From a virus: DNA of 64,000 bases. The notes under the pieces were generated by a model. That model did no database searches. It was given only the letters and a program-made list of their open reading frames with translations, and had not been told where the DNA came from. The stretch lies in the IMG/VR virus record IMGVR_UViG_3300001533_000699; one strand, written 5' to 3'. Every line of letters begins with the position of its first letter. Positions within the stretch are counted from its first letter, which is position 1. Made by a program: the position numbers and the translations under genes. Of the stretch, positions 19,754 to 28,209 are shown one piece after another.

Positions 19754-20265
19754 TGACCAGTATACATGAACTAAAACGCAGAATTCAACGACTAGAACAC
19801 ATTACTAGAAGTACTGTAATCGGCATAGATTTTAAGCGACTCAACACTAATGCACAGCTTCCAATTAAAGCAGGACCAGAAGAAGCGTGTTACGATATTC
19901 ATTGTATAGCAGACGAGTCATTTTCTGACCAAGGAACCATATGTCTTTGTCCTGGTGACAGTCATGTATTTCATACTGGATTAGCATCATATATTCCTAG
20001 TGGATATGGTGTGTTTTTGTGGGATAGGAGCGGAATGGGGGCAAAACGCAACATTCACAGGCTTGCCGGTGTAATTGATAGTACTTACAGGGGAGAGTGG
20101 ATGGTTCCGTTGACCAATTTAGGAAAAAAAGAGCAATACATCAAAGCAGGTGATAGAATCATTCAAGCATATATAGCTGTGATATTGCCAAGCACTGTAC
20201 GGTGGGTCGATGAATTGCCAGAATCGTATCGTGGTGATAGTGGCTTAGGGTCTACTGGCGCTTGA
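19750..20265 (+). CDS. dut: dUTPase (trimeric)
   Basis: ACYD, RSG, GVIDSTYRGE, GDRI.Q, RGDSGLGSTG. Confidence 0.93.
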   Translation: MMTSIHELKRRIQRLEHITRSTVIGIDFKRLNTNAQLPIKAGPEEACYDIHCIADESFSDQGTICLCPGDSHVFHTGLASYIPSGYGVFLWDRSGMGAKRNIHRLAGVIDSTYRGEWMVPLTNLGKKEQYIKAGDRIIQAYIAVILPSTVRWVDELPESYRGDSGLGSTGA

Positions 20266-20278
20266 AATAGGGCAAACA

Positions 20279-20833
20279 ATGATTAATAGATTAAATGGAA
20301 TGCGATGCTATCTGATTGGTGCTATGGACCGCACTGATGATGGTGGTGTACAGTGGCGTGAAGACATTAAAGAATTCCTACATACTAAAGGGGTAGTTGT
20401 ACTAGACCCATGTGACAAACCTATTGACATAGGACAAGAACATATAGAAGACAGAAGTGTGAGACAAACACTGAAAAAGTCTGGACAATATAACTCGCTA
20501 GCAAAAACGATGAAGACAATTCGTGTCATAGACTTACGTATGACAGACATGGCAGACTTCGTGATAGTTCACATTGACACAGACGTACATGCTTGTGGTA
20601 CATACGAAGAATTGTTTTGGGCAAACCGCTTGAAAAACCCTGTACTTATCGTTTGTAAGCAGGGAAAGGCTCAGTGTCCCGATTGGTTGTTCGGGGTCGT
20701 ACCGCACAGGCATATATTTGATAATTTTGAGCAGTTACGTGAGTATTTGGAGTATGTTGCACATAGTTATAGTGTATATCATATGCGTAGGTGGACTTTC
20801 TTTAACTACGAGAAATTAAAATGCCCTATATAA
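20279..20833 (+). CDS. nucleoside 2-deoxyribosyltransferase-like protein
   Basis: YLIGAM....G..WR, DP, D......D, GT.EE...A, PV. Confidence 0.7.
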   Translation: MINRLNGMRCYLIGAMDRTDDGGVQWREDIKEFLHTKGVVVLDPCDKPIDIGQEHIEDRSVRQTLKKSGQYNSLAKTMKTIRVIDLRMTDMADFVIVHIDTDVHACGTYEELFWANRLKNPVLIVCKQGKAQCPDWLFGVVPHRHIFDNFEQLREYLEYVAHSYSVYHMRRWTFFNYEKLKCPI

Positions 20834-21129
20834 AACAAAAATTCAAAGATAAAATAGATGAATCAATACATGCTTTAGTCGATGATATTGAGCAGTGTTG
20901 TAAGGATGATGATAGAGACGCATTAAAAGGTGTGTTAAACTACACTATTACATCTATATTACTAGCAACATTTACAAAGCATGGAATAAGTTATTCTAAA
21001 TTTGCCGATGTTATTGGTACTCTAGAATGTTCAAAGCTAGAAATATATCGACGGGCAATAGCGTCATATGAAGACCGTTGTATACGCAACAACGGAGATA
21101 TAGAAGAGTTTATCCGCATGGGCCTGTAA
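20821..21129 (+). CDS. conserved phage hypothetical protein
   Basis: MPYIK, G.LNY.IT, G.LEC.KLE.YRR....YED.....NGD. Confidence 0.75.
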   Translation: MPYIKQKFKDKIDESIHALVDDIEQCCKDDDRDALKGVLNYTITSILLATFTKHGISYSKFADVIGTLECSKLEIYRRAIASYEDRCIRNNGDIEEFIRMGL

Positions 21130-21408
21130 GGTTTCGACGGGTTGTGAAAGTTTGTGACGGCATTCCGTGGTTCGTCTGATGGCCACGTAAAAATCAGACG
21201 AAAAAAGTAACTGGCACCTGCCATACTTTGGCTCTGTGCGCCTGAGCACAGGTTTCTACTTGTAGAAGCAGCTTAATCTTGTGCTACAACAAGAGCGTAT
21301 AAGCATTTGAGACAGTTTTGTTTGTTGTACAGCTTAACAACATACTATGAATGTAGATGTTACTTATAGAAGCAAAGCCGGACAACGGTTCAATTCCGTT
21401 CAGGTCCA
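21120..21408 (+). ncRNA. ssrA: tmRNA
   Basis: 5' GGGCCTG-TAAGGTTTCGAC; 3' T arm AACGG-TTCAATT-CCGTT and CAGGTCC-A; G3.U pair; pk1-like region then TAACT and tag ORF 21213-21245 (GTCHTLALCA*). Confidence 0.9.
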
Positions 21409-21510
21409 CTGAATCTGATAAGGTGTATAATATAGAAGAAAGCCGATATCAACAAATGGTTTGAGCTTGTTCCTTTCTTTTTGTCTTAAAAATTACATAA
21501 GGAAGTATGA

Positions 21511-21852
21511 ATGAATACTAAATTAGCTAGGGCGATTATGGCCGCTGAAACAGCCAAAGCACAAGGCACACTAGACTTTAAGACGGCAACTTGGTTGGTT
21601 GCGGCGTGGGTAGCCTTCGCAGCAGAATCTGTTGTGCAATTAGCTAACCCTAATGAATACGTAGATAAGGCCGCTCTTACAGATATGTTAGAGACCAGTT
21701 GGAAACAACTTAGTGCTGTAATTGATGACATACCTATGAGTTTGTTTACTAACTTCATTTGGGTATCAGCACGTTCAAGAGTGCTATCTGTAATACCATC
21801 AGCCGTGGATTATTTGGCCACAGAACTAGATAAAGGAGAAAATCACTCATGA
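21511..21852 (+). CDS. hypothetical protein
   Basis: RBS AAGGA; first gene of the membrane/secreted cluster. Confidence 0.6.
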   Translation: MNTKLARAIMAAETAKAQGTLDFKTATWLVAAWVAFAAESVVQLANPNEYVDKAALTDMLETSWKQLSAVIDDIPMSLFTNFIWVSARSRVLSVIPSAVDYLATELDKGENHS

Positions 21853-22148
21853 ATTTGATTCAATTAAGCATTGTCATATTAGCAGCAGTGGGTGTTGTTA
21901 TGATGTTCGGTGACCAATTACTGGTGGTGTGGGATAAGGTTAAGTCGTTTTTTAAGTCCGCAGTACAACCTTCTCCATCGCCAGTGTCTGTAGAATTAGA
22001 CACTAACGATATGTTCAGTAAAATACGTCATCTTATTACTTTAGCAGAGCAAAGTGAAGCTGCTGGAGTAGATAAGGCTGGTGAATTACTACGTCAAGCT
22101 GCCGCTACTGCATTATTAGACAAGAAGGTTAGCGTAGTTAATGAATAA
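21849..22148 (+). CDS. membrane-anchored hypothetical protein
   Basis: N-terminal TM segment. Confidence 0.6.
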   Translation: MNLIQLSIVILAAVGVVMMFGDQLLVVWDKVKSFFKSAVQPSPSPVSVELDTNDMFSKIRHLITLAEQSEAAGVDKAGELLRQAAATALLDKKVSVVNE

Positions 22149-22449
22149 ACCATCTCATTATAGTAGTACTGATTTCAAATATGACTGTGCTACGATAGGT
22201 TTTATATTTGGTTTCTTGTGCGTATTCTTTAGTGAGGCTTTGTTTTCACTTGGATTCTTAACTACAGTAGGTATTCTATTAACCATAATGATGCCTTTAT
22301 CTGAAGTTCTTGGAAGTAATGATGCTGGTTGGTTAGCGCTGTTCATTATATATCCTTTAGCTATGTTCATCAACGGTGTTGTGTATGGTGGTATAGGATA
22401 TGGTATTGGTAAATTAATAACACTTTTTATAAAGGATAAAAACCCATGA
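22141..22449 (+). CDS. multi-pass membrane protein
   Basis: 2-3 hydrophobic segments. Confidence 0.55.
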   Translation: MNKPSHYSSTDFKYDCATIGFIFGFLCVFFSEALFSLGFLTTVGILLTIMMPLSEVLGSNDAGWLALFIIYPLAMFINGVVYGGIGYGIGKLITLFIKDKNP

Positions 22450-22853
22450 AGACAAAACAATTTATGGGGGTGATACTAGTTTTAGCTGCATTAGGTCTAT
22501 ACGGCGTAGACCAAGGCTATATAGTATTGCCGGATAGTATTACGCCAAAACCATCGCCACCATCTGTCTTATATGGTATTGTTATAGAAGAGACAAATGA
22601 GCGTACCCCTGAACAAAATATTGTACTGTCTTCGCCAATTGTAAGAGGACTGTTTGACAAACCAGAGCACTTTAGACCTATCGACCCAAACACAAAGGTA
22701 ACACCAGATTTACAGAAATTCAAGGATAAAGCTAAGGCTAGGGAGGGTGATGTTACATTATTCCTAATAGAACCTAATGGTACTATTCATTATGAGGGAG
22801 ACCTACCAAATACGGTTGAAGAATTTCAACGATTATTTAGGGAGATAAAATAA
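22446..22853 (+). CDS. exported hypothetical protein
   Basis: Signal/TM segment, Pro-rich linker. Confidence 0.6.
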   Translation: MKTKQFMGVILVLAALGLYGVDQGYIVLPDSITPKPSPPSVLYGIVIEETNERTPEQNIVLSSPIVRGLFDKPEHFRPIDPNTKVTPDLQKFKDKAKAREGDVTLFLIEPNGTIHYEGDLPNTVEEFQRLFREIK

Positions 22854-23584
22854 TGAATACATACGGCGTCATACCATCCGGCTATCGTACTGGTTGTTTG
22901 CCAAGAACCACCAAACCTGGAGAGTTTTGTCCATTATTTGGGTCGAGAATTCGGGTCATTCCACGTTCTGACTGGGCAACATACACAGGTAAAATCAGCC
23001 TGCGTCATTTTGTTAGAGAAATACTTAATCAGGGTCGTGTAGGTAGTTGTGCCAGCGAATCATCAACACAGTCGCTGATGATTATACGTGCATTTGCTGG
23101 TTTACCACATGTTAGTTTGAATCCTTATTTTGTATATAATACTGTTTGTGGCGGAAGAGACCAGGGCAGTACTATAGATAGTAATTTGAAGTTCTTACGT
23201 GAAGTAGGTGTCCCGCCAATATCTATATGGCCAAGAGATAAGGGGTGGCAAACTAGACCATCGGAAGAAGCAATAGAAGCCGCAAAGGATTTTCGTATTC
23301 TAGAGTTCTATGATATTAGCACTATAGAAGAAATGGTTACTGCGCTTTTCTTAGGATTTCCAGTGGTGTACGGTGCAAACGGTCATGCAGTCGTAAAGGT
23401 GGAACACCTAAATGACAGAGAAGGTTTAGATGTTAATAGTTGGGGTACTGACTGGGGCGACGGTGGTTTTGGCGTTTGGGTACCATACAGCACGATAGGC
23501 AGCAGTCTACGATATGGTGCGTTTGCCGTAAGAACTTCACTACAGAACGACAATCTATTTGATGTTGAAAGGGCGGCTATCTAA
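22853..23584 (+). CDS. papain-like cysteine protease (C1 family)
   Basis: NQGRVGSCAS (Q, C), GHAV (H), NSWG.DWGDGG (N). Confidence 0.88.
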   Translation: MNTYGVIPSGYRTGCLPRTTKPGEFCPLFGSRIRVIPRSDWATYTGKISLRHFVREILNQGRVGSCASESSTQSLMIIRAFAGLPHVSLNPYFVYNTVCGGRDQGSTIDSNLKFLREVGVPPISIWPRDKGWQTRPSEEAIEAAKDFRILEFYDISTIEEMVTALFLGFPVVYGANGHAVVKVEHLNDREGLDVNSWGTDWGDGGFGVWVPYSTIGSSLRYGAFAVRTSLQNDNLFDVERAAI

Positions 23585-23586
23585 TC

Positions 23587-23841
23587 ATGAGAAGGGTTGG
23601 TATAGCGTTTATCGTTATTGCTATAATTGTGTTTTTGTTTAATAAGCAGGCAAGTGCACCTAGACCACCAATACCGCCAGATAATGAAGAAGAACAAGTA
23701 GTAGATTTTGAAAAGTGGTTTCAACATCACCAACTAGAATGCGATATATGTGAACCTGGATGGCCACCACGCTTATGTACAGAAGCATGGAATAAACTTA
23801 ATGCTCAAAGACTCCACCAAAAGGAGATAGAAAATGAATAA
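23587..23841 (+). CDS. membrane-anchored hypothetical protein
   Basis: N-terminal TM segment; CxxC. Confidence 0.55.
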   Translation: MRRVGIAFIVIAIIVFLFNKQASAPRPPIPPDNEEEQVVDFEKWFQHHQLECDICEPGWPPRLCTEAWNKLNAQRLHQKEIENE

Positions 23842-24541
23842 AATATTAGGAGTTACGATATTGTTTGGTTTAGTGGTTCTGATGCTGTTTGGTCCTAGTC
23901 TTAGTTCAACACATGTAGGCGATACTCCAGACAACAACACCACACAAATAGACCTTGGTACACCACAAGTTGCTGAAGAACAACCAGAAACCTTGAATAC
24001 AACAGAGACTAAAGAAGTAGTTGCTTCTATTGGCAGTATTCGCGAGATTATAAGAAACGCACAAAATGAATTACGGTTCTTTGCTAAGGCTAGACTCGTA
24101 ACACAAGAGTGGTTTACTGCTATGGCAAAGCTTACAGCAGAAGATATGCCGCAGATACAATCACACACAAATGTTATTGAAAACCGTGAGTGGGTACCAC
24201 CTCATAAACAAGTAATTTTGGTGTTCTATCAAGACGACTACTATCAAGAACAACGAATGGTGCCACAAGCACAAAAGCTAATGGATGAAGGACACTATGT
24301 ATATAGAATTCCAGCACGACGCACAGACCTATATCATCAGTACGCGGTTACACAAACGCCGATGTGGTTGGTTGTGCGAGATAAAGAAGTAATTTACCGA
24401 CATACAAAACCACCAACCTTCCCTGCTTATGAAGAACAGGTAGATGTACCCGTTAATGTTCAGGAAACACAAATATATTACACTCCATCATCTATGCAAA
24501 AATACGTCCCGTCATCATGTGGTATCGGAGGATGCAGATGA
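23834..24541 (+). CDS. exported protein with degenerate thioredoxin-like domain
   Basis: Signal peptide; LVFY...M.P...Y.V..TP..LV; C-terminal SCGIGGCR. Confidence 0.55.
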   Translation: MNKILGVTILFGLVVLMLFGPSLSSTHVGDTPDNNTTQIDLGTPQVAEEQPETLNTTETKEVVASIGSIREIIRNAQNELRFFAKARLVTQEWFTAMAKLTAEDMPQIQSHTNVIENREWVPPHKQVILVFYQDDYYQEQRMVPQAQKLMDEGHYVYRIPARRTDLYHQYAVTQTPMWLVVRDKEVIYRHTKPPTFPAYEEQVDVPVNVQETQIYYTPSSMQKYVPSSCGIGGCR

Positions 24542-24831
24542 ATCAACAACTTGTGGATTTGGTTACAGACTATGTGCAACGTAGGTCTTGGCGTGCGCGA
24601 AAATCAAATCATACTAGAAGAATAGTGCATATTGCGCTGTTTAATCTACAAAATGCCCAGCGTAATATACCTGTTGCTGAATTTGGACTACAGTCTTATA
24701 TAAAACATAAGGTACTAACACAACTCAAGACAACAGAATCATGGTATGTGGTGCAGTATATATTGTATTGGCTATTAGATGTTATAATAGAGTTAGTTAT
24801 TAAATGGTGGTTAAGTCAGCAGGAGAAGTAA
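24538..24831 (+). CDS. hypothetical protein (similar to next ORF)
   Basis: C-terminal hydrophobic helix ending WW as in 24834-25145. Confidence 0.55.
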   Translation: MNQQLVDLVTDYVQRRSWRARKSNHTRRIVHIALFNLQNAQRNIPVAEFGLQSYIKHKVLTQLKTTESWYVVQYILYWLLDVIIELVIKWWLSQQEK

Positions 24832-24833
24832 AA

Positions 24834-25145
24834 ATGAGCTTTGGTGATGTGGTAAAATCGGCTACAAACTACGTGTTAGAAAATTCATGGACTGCCAGAC
24901 ATAATAGCAAGCATGCCTCTCGTTTGGCAAACGCAGCTATCATGGAGATATATCTTATACCAGCTCATGAACGTAGACATATGAGTAAAAGTGATTTACG
25001 TGCTCATATCAAAGCTAAATTAAAGAAACGTAATGTTGGCAATCCAATAGTTATTACGTTGATTTTGCAAGTGTTAGTTGGTATCGTAGCTAAACTAATC
25101 GTAGATTGGTGGTGGAAAAATAAGAGAGATAATGTATGGCCATGA
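24834..25145 (+). CDS. hypothetical protein
   Basis: RBS AGGAG; C-terminal hydrophobic helix ending WWW. Confidence 0.55.
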   Translation: MSFGDVVKSATNYVLENSWTARHNSKHASRLANAAIMEIYLIPAHERRHMSKSDLRAHIKAKLKKRNVGNPIVITLILQVLVGIVAKLIVDWWWKNKRDNVWP

Positions 25146-25540
25146 ATCAAAATGAGTTGATTACGCCTGACAGTTCAGGTTTTCATATAGATGATATGGA
25201 CTTCATAAGTCCGACTAAAGACCCATGCTCTAGGGAAAACCCAGATGCGTTTTGGGTTGGATATGGTAAGTTTCGTCAAGGTAAGTGGTATACTGATTTG
25301 CCTCGTGATTCTCACTCTTTGGCTGGATGGTTTTTTGGGTTTACTGAAGGTAAACGATGGAAAAAATGGTGGCAAAGTAAATCTCTATGGCTAGCTACAT
25401 GCGTGGGTTTTACGTCTGTTTTGGCGCAGGTCGATGTCGGTGTAATATCAGATAATCCGCGCATAGTGGCGTTTGCAGCGAGTACTGTCGCTGCTGCGAT
25501 AGCCACTCTGAGATTCGTCACGCACACCACAGTAAAATAA
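25136..25540 (+). CDS. holin-like membrane protein
   Basis: KKWWQSKSLW followed by two TM segments and LRF.T. Confidence 0.5.
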   Translation: MAMNQNELITPDSSGFHIDDMDFISPTKDPCSRENPDAFWVGYGKFRQGKWYTDLPRDSHSLAGWFFGFTEGKRWKKWWQSKSLWLATCVGFTSVLAQVDVGVISDNPRIVAFAASTVAAAIATLRFVTHTTVK

Positions 25541-25555
25541 TTTGTTAGGTCGGTC

Positions 25556-25583
25556 TTGACTTTTGGGAATTTTGGTGTAAGAT
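25556..25583 (+). promoter_or_regulatory. promoter TTGACT-N16-TAAGAT upstream of tRNA cluster
   Basis: Hexamers with 16-nt spacer. Confidence 0.6.
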
Positions 25584-25608
25584 ACTAGTAACGAACAACG
25601 CACGTTTT

Positions 25609-25680
25609 TGCACGGTAGCACAATGGTAGTGCACCTGACTGTTAATCAGAGGGTTGCAGGTTCGAATCCTGCCTGTGCAG
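25609..25680 (+). tRNA. tRNA-Asn(GTT)
   Basis: Cloverleaf; loop CT-GTT-AA; TTCGAAT T loop. Confidence 0.92.
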
Positions 25681-25718
25681 CTTGGATTTTTTTAGGACAC
25701 TAATCAAGGAACAAATAC

Positions 25719-26030
25719 ATGCAAAAACCAAAAATCATCAAGTTAGTCAGCGGAGAAACAATTGTTGCACAAGTAGAGTTTATGACAAATAAACTACATT
25801 TGACACGACCTTTGTCTCTAATTGCGATGCCGCGCCCAGACCAAAGTGGTAGAATGAATACTGCTATTACCTTGATGGATTTTATACCTGGAGTTAAGGA
25901 CGAAAAAATGGTGTTGAATAAGGATATGGTTATGCTTGTTGTAGAACCTGACGAACAAATCAAAGAGTTGTATAGTAGGTTGACAAATCCAAATCATATT
26001 GAGGTTGCTAAACCAGAATTGATAGTTTAG
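25719..26030 (+). CDS. Sm-like/phage hypothetical protein
   Basis: IIKLVSGETI.A motif typical of phage Sm-fold proteins. Confidence 0.6.
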   Translation: MQKPKIIKLVSGETIVAQVEFMTNKLHLTRPLSLIAMPRPDQSGRMNTAITLMDFIPGVKDEKMVLNKDMVMLVVEPDEQIKELYSRLTNPNHIEVAKPELIV

Positions 26031-26036
26031 TTATTT

Positions 26037-26110
26037 GGGGTAGTGGACTAGTGGTTGATGTCATCACCCTTTCAAGGTGAAGGTCACGGGTTCAAATCCC
26101 GTCTACCCTA
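26037..26110 (+). tRNA. tRNA-Glu(TTC)
   Basis: TCACC-CTTTCAA-GGTGA anticodon arm; full cloverleaf. Confidence 0.9.
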
Positions 26111-26112
26111 CT

Positions 26113-26202
26113 GTGTATAAGTCAGATATTGGTTAGCTGAACTTGACTGTGAATCAAGAGGCCGTTAAGGCTGTGCGGGTTCGATTCCCGTTATACACCC
26201 CA
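26113..26202 (+). tRNA. tRNA-His(GTG), long variable arm, CCA encoded
   Basis: CTTGA-CTGTGAA-TCAAG; C73; variable stem GCC-GTTAA-GGC. Confidence 0.8.
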
Positions 26203-26209
26203 TATTATT

Positions 26210-26279
26210 AACGGTGTCCTCCTGGGAGAGGCGACGGATTCCAAACCCGTACGATGGCGTTCGACTCGTCACACCGTTG
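26210..26279 (+). tRNA. tRNA-Trp(CCA)
   Basis: AACGGTG/CACCGTT acceptor; loop TT-CCA-AA; short D arm. Confidence 0.78.
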
Positions 26280-26288
26280 CTTTATTAA

Positions 26289-26363
26289 CAGTGTGTAGCT
26301 CAGTCTGGCTAGAGCACGTGCCTTGGGAGCACGGGGTCGAACGTTCAAATCGTTTCACACTGA
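26289..26363 (+). tRNA. tRNA-Pro(TGG)
   Basis: CGTGC-CTTGGGA-GCACG; C1-G72. Confidence 0.9.
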
Positions 26364-26396
26364 CTGTATGGTTAGTATTACTTAGGGGTTCATACT

Positions 26397-26813
26397 ATGA
26401 ATTCGCAGACAGTACGAGACGAATTACTTCAGAGAGCACTATGGTTGGAGTTTCATTGGAAGAATGATGACATTACCATACAAGACGTAGCCGTAGAGCA
26501 TAATTGGTGGAGATATCTAGTAGAAAATCATAAGCGAGATATGAGAATCATAGGCCATTTTCTACTGGATGTTATTGATGATTTGCTTGAGGTAGTAGCT
26601 AAACTAGTTGGTCCTCGTGATATTGTATTTTTCCAAACGACATTACTTGAGGTCATTTCAGGACTATATGATACCATGGTAGAAAAACTCAAAGTGCCAT
26701 GGTGGGTCAAACCCTTTGCAAATAATATTCACAGAATAGTCAAGAGCGTGGTACTGCCACTGATTTTGAATTATCTAGTGCATAAGTTTGTTGCTGGAAA
26801 AATGATAGTATGA
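26397..26813 (+). CDS. hypothetical protein
   Basis: ORF between tRNA genes. Confidence 0.55.
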   Translation: MNSQTVRDELLQRALWLEFHWKNDDITIQDVAVEHNWWRYLVENHKRDMRIIGHFLLDVIDDLLEVVAKLVGPRDIVFFQTTLLEVISGLYDTMVEKLKVPWWVKPFANNIHRIVKSVVLPLILNYLVHKFVAGKMIV

Positions 26814-26818
26814 ATGGG

Positions 26819-26846
26819 TTGACATTCTAAAAATCTATTGTATAAT
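26819..26846 (+). promoter_or_regulatory. promoter TTGACA-N16-TATAAT
   Basis: Perfect hexamers 11 nt before tRNA-Leu. Confidence 0.7.
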
Positions 26847-26857
26847 GTTTTAGAGTT

Positions 26858-26940
26858 GGCCGGGTGGCGAAATTGGTAAACGCATCGGTTTTAAGCACCG
26901 ACGCCCTAGCGGCTTGCGGGTTCGACTCCCGCCTCGGCTA
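26858..26940 (+). tRNA. tRNA-Leu(TAA)
   Basis: TCGGT-TTTAAGC-ACCGA; long variable arm. Confidence 0.92.
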
Positions 26941-26941
26941 C

Positions 26942-27008
26942 TGACGAATGCAGTAATGCTTACATATCATTGATTAGATTGACAAACAGCATTACATTTT
27001 TGTCGTCA
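26942..27008 (+). ncRNA. candidate minimal Y RNA (Y1)
   Basis: TGACGA/TCGTCA terminal stem, GACGAATG motif, GTAATGCT/AGCATTAC second stem; same architecture at 30144 and 54151. Confidence 0.6.
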
Positions 27009-27030
27009 ACTTTTTACTATAGGAAAACAA

Positions 27031-27399
27031 ATGCTGACTGAAATTGCACCAATAGACGTATTTAGTGTTACTACTGGTAAAGTCGTCTATGAAAACGAAA
27101 ATCACAACGCTACTATGTATGCGTTTGATGAAGGCAGGCTCTATAGATATGTCGAGTATCGCAAACTAATTATATACACATGTATACCAACATCAGAAAT
27201 ACTTGAAAAAGCCCAGTATATTCTGAAAATGGCAGCTAAGGATAATCCTAACGTAGTTGATGCGACACATAAGCTATCGATAGATGGAGAAAACATAGTA
27301 TTGGATTTGCGTGACCGCAGCAAGTTTGTGTGCGTCAAACAAGGCAATGTGTGTGGATTGGCAATTTTAGATAGTAGCAAAGTCGGGTCCATCGTCTAG
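27031..27399 (+). CDS. hypothetical protein
   Basis: RBS AGGA; 3' end overlaps tRNA-Lys. Confidence 0.55.
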   Translation: MLTEIAPIDVFSVTTGKVVYENENHNATMYAFDEGRLYRYVEYRKLIIYTCIPTSEILEKAQYILKMAAKDNPNVVDATHKLSIDGENIVLDLRDRSKFVCVKQGNVCGLAILDSSKVGSIV

Positions 27400-27455
27400 T
27401 GGTAAGACTACAGACTTTTAATCTGTGTACCGGGGTTCGATTCCCCGTGGACCCA
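27385..27455 (+). tRNA. tRNA-Lys(TTT)
   Basis: ACAGA-CTTTTAA-TCTGT. Confidence 0.92.
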
Positions 27456-27461
27456 CTATAT

Positions 27462-27537
27462 GGGGCGTAAGGTAAGCCGGTAGCATCCGCGAATCTTATA
27501 AATTCGTCATAGGCAGGTTCAACTCCTGCACGCCCTA
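27462..27537 (+). tRNA. tRNA-Ile(TAT)
   Basis: CGAAT-CTTATAA-ATTCG; GGGGCGT/ACGCCCT; A73. Confidence 0.8.
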
Positions 27538-27573
27538 CTCTGTATTACACTGTCGAGTATTAGTAATAGAACA

Positions 27574-28188
27574 ATGGTTTCAGTAATAGTGCCATATACA
27601 CCGCTCACACCATCTAGAGAGCGCGCTTGGATATACACGCAAAAAAAAATTCATCAAATACTACCGGATTGTGAATTAATTGTTGCCGACATATCTGGCA
27701 ATATAAGAACATACAATAAAGCTCAAGCTATCATAGATGCTACTAAAAAAGTCACGCATGAAGTTGTTGTTGTACACGATGCTGACTGTTGGTGTAAGGC
27801 ATTACCAGCGGCTATACAAGCCATAGAAACCAACCAGTGTATGGTTGCCATACCGCATAAAGCTATCAATAATCTTAATGAGGTTTCTACTCATTGTTTA
27901 TATAATAATCTACCATGTACACATAAATACAAAACACGTGGTATTACTAAGTGTGGTTTGATAGTAGTAATGCATCGTGATGTTCTACAAGAGTTTCCAC
28001 CAGATATACGTTTTGTGGGGTGGGGACACGAGGACCATGCCTGGAGCTATATGATAGGGTCTAAGTATGAATTTTGGCTAGGCAATGGCGTTGCTTGGCA
28101 TTTATGGCATGATAGAGCGAATAAAGAGGTTGTAAATGCAAACAACAGTCAGCTTCTTCAAGCATATAAAAAAATGTACGGACCTTAA
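27574..28188 (+). CDS. GT-A glycosyltransferase (GT2/GT7-like)
   Basis: SVIVPY, HDAD, D.RFVGWGHED, HLWH. Confidence 0.8.
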   Translation: MVSVIVPYTPLTPSRERAWIYTQKKIHQILPDCELIVADISGNIRTYNKAQAIIDATKKVTHEVVVVHDADCWCKALPAAIQAIETNQCMVAIPHKAINNLNEVSTHCLYNNLPCTHKYKTRGITKCGLIVVMHRDVLQEFPPDIRFVGWGHEDHAWSYMIGSKYEFWLGNGVAWHLWHDRANKEVVNANNSQLLQAYKKMYGP

Positions 28189-28209
28189 CAAAATTAGTTA
28201 GGAAAAGCT

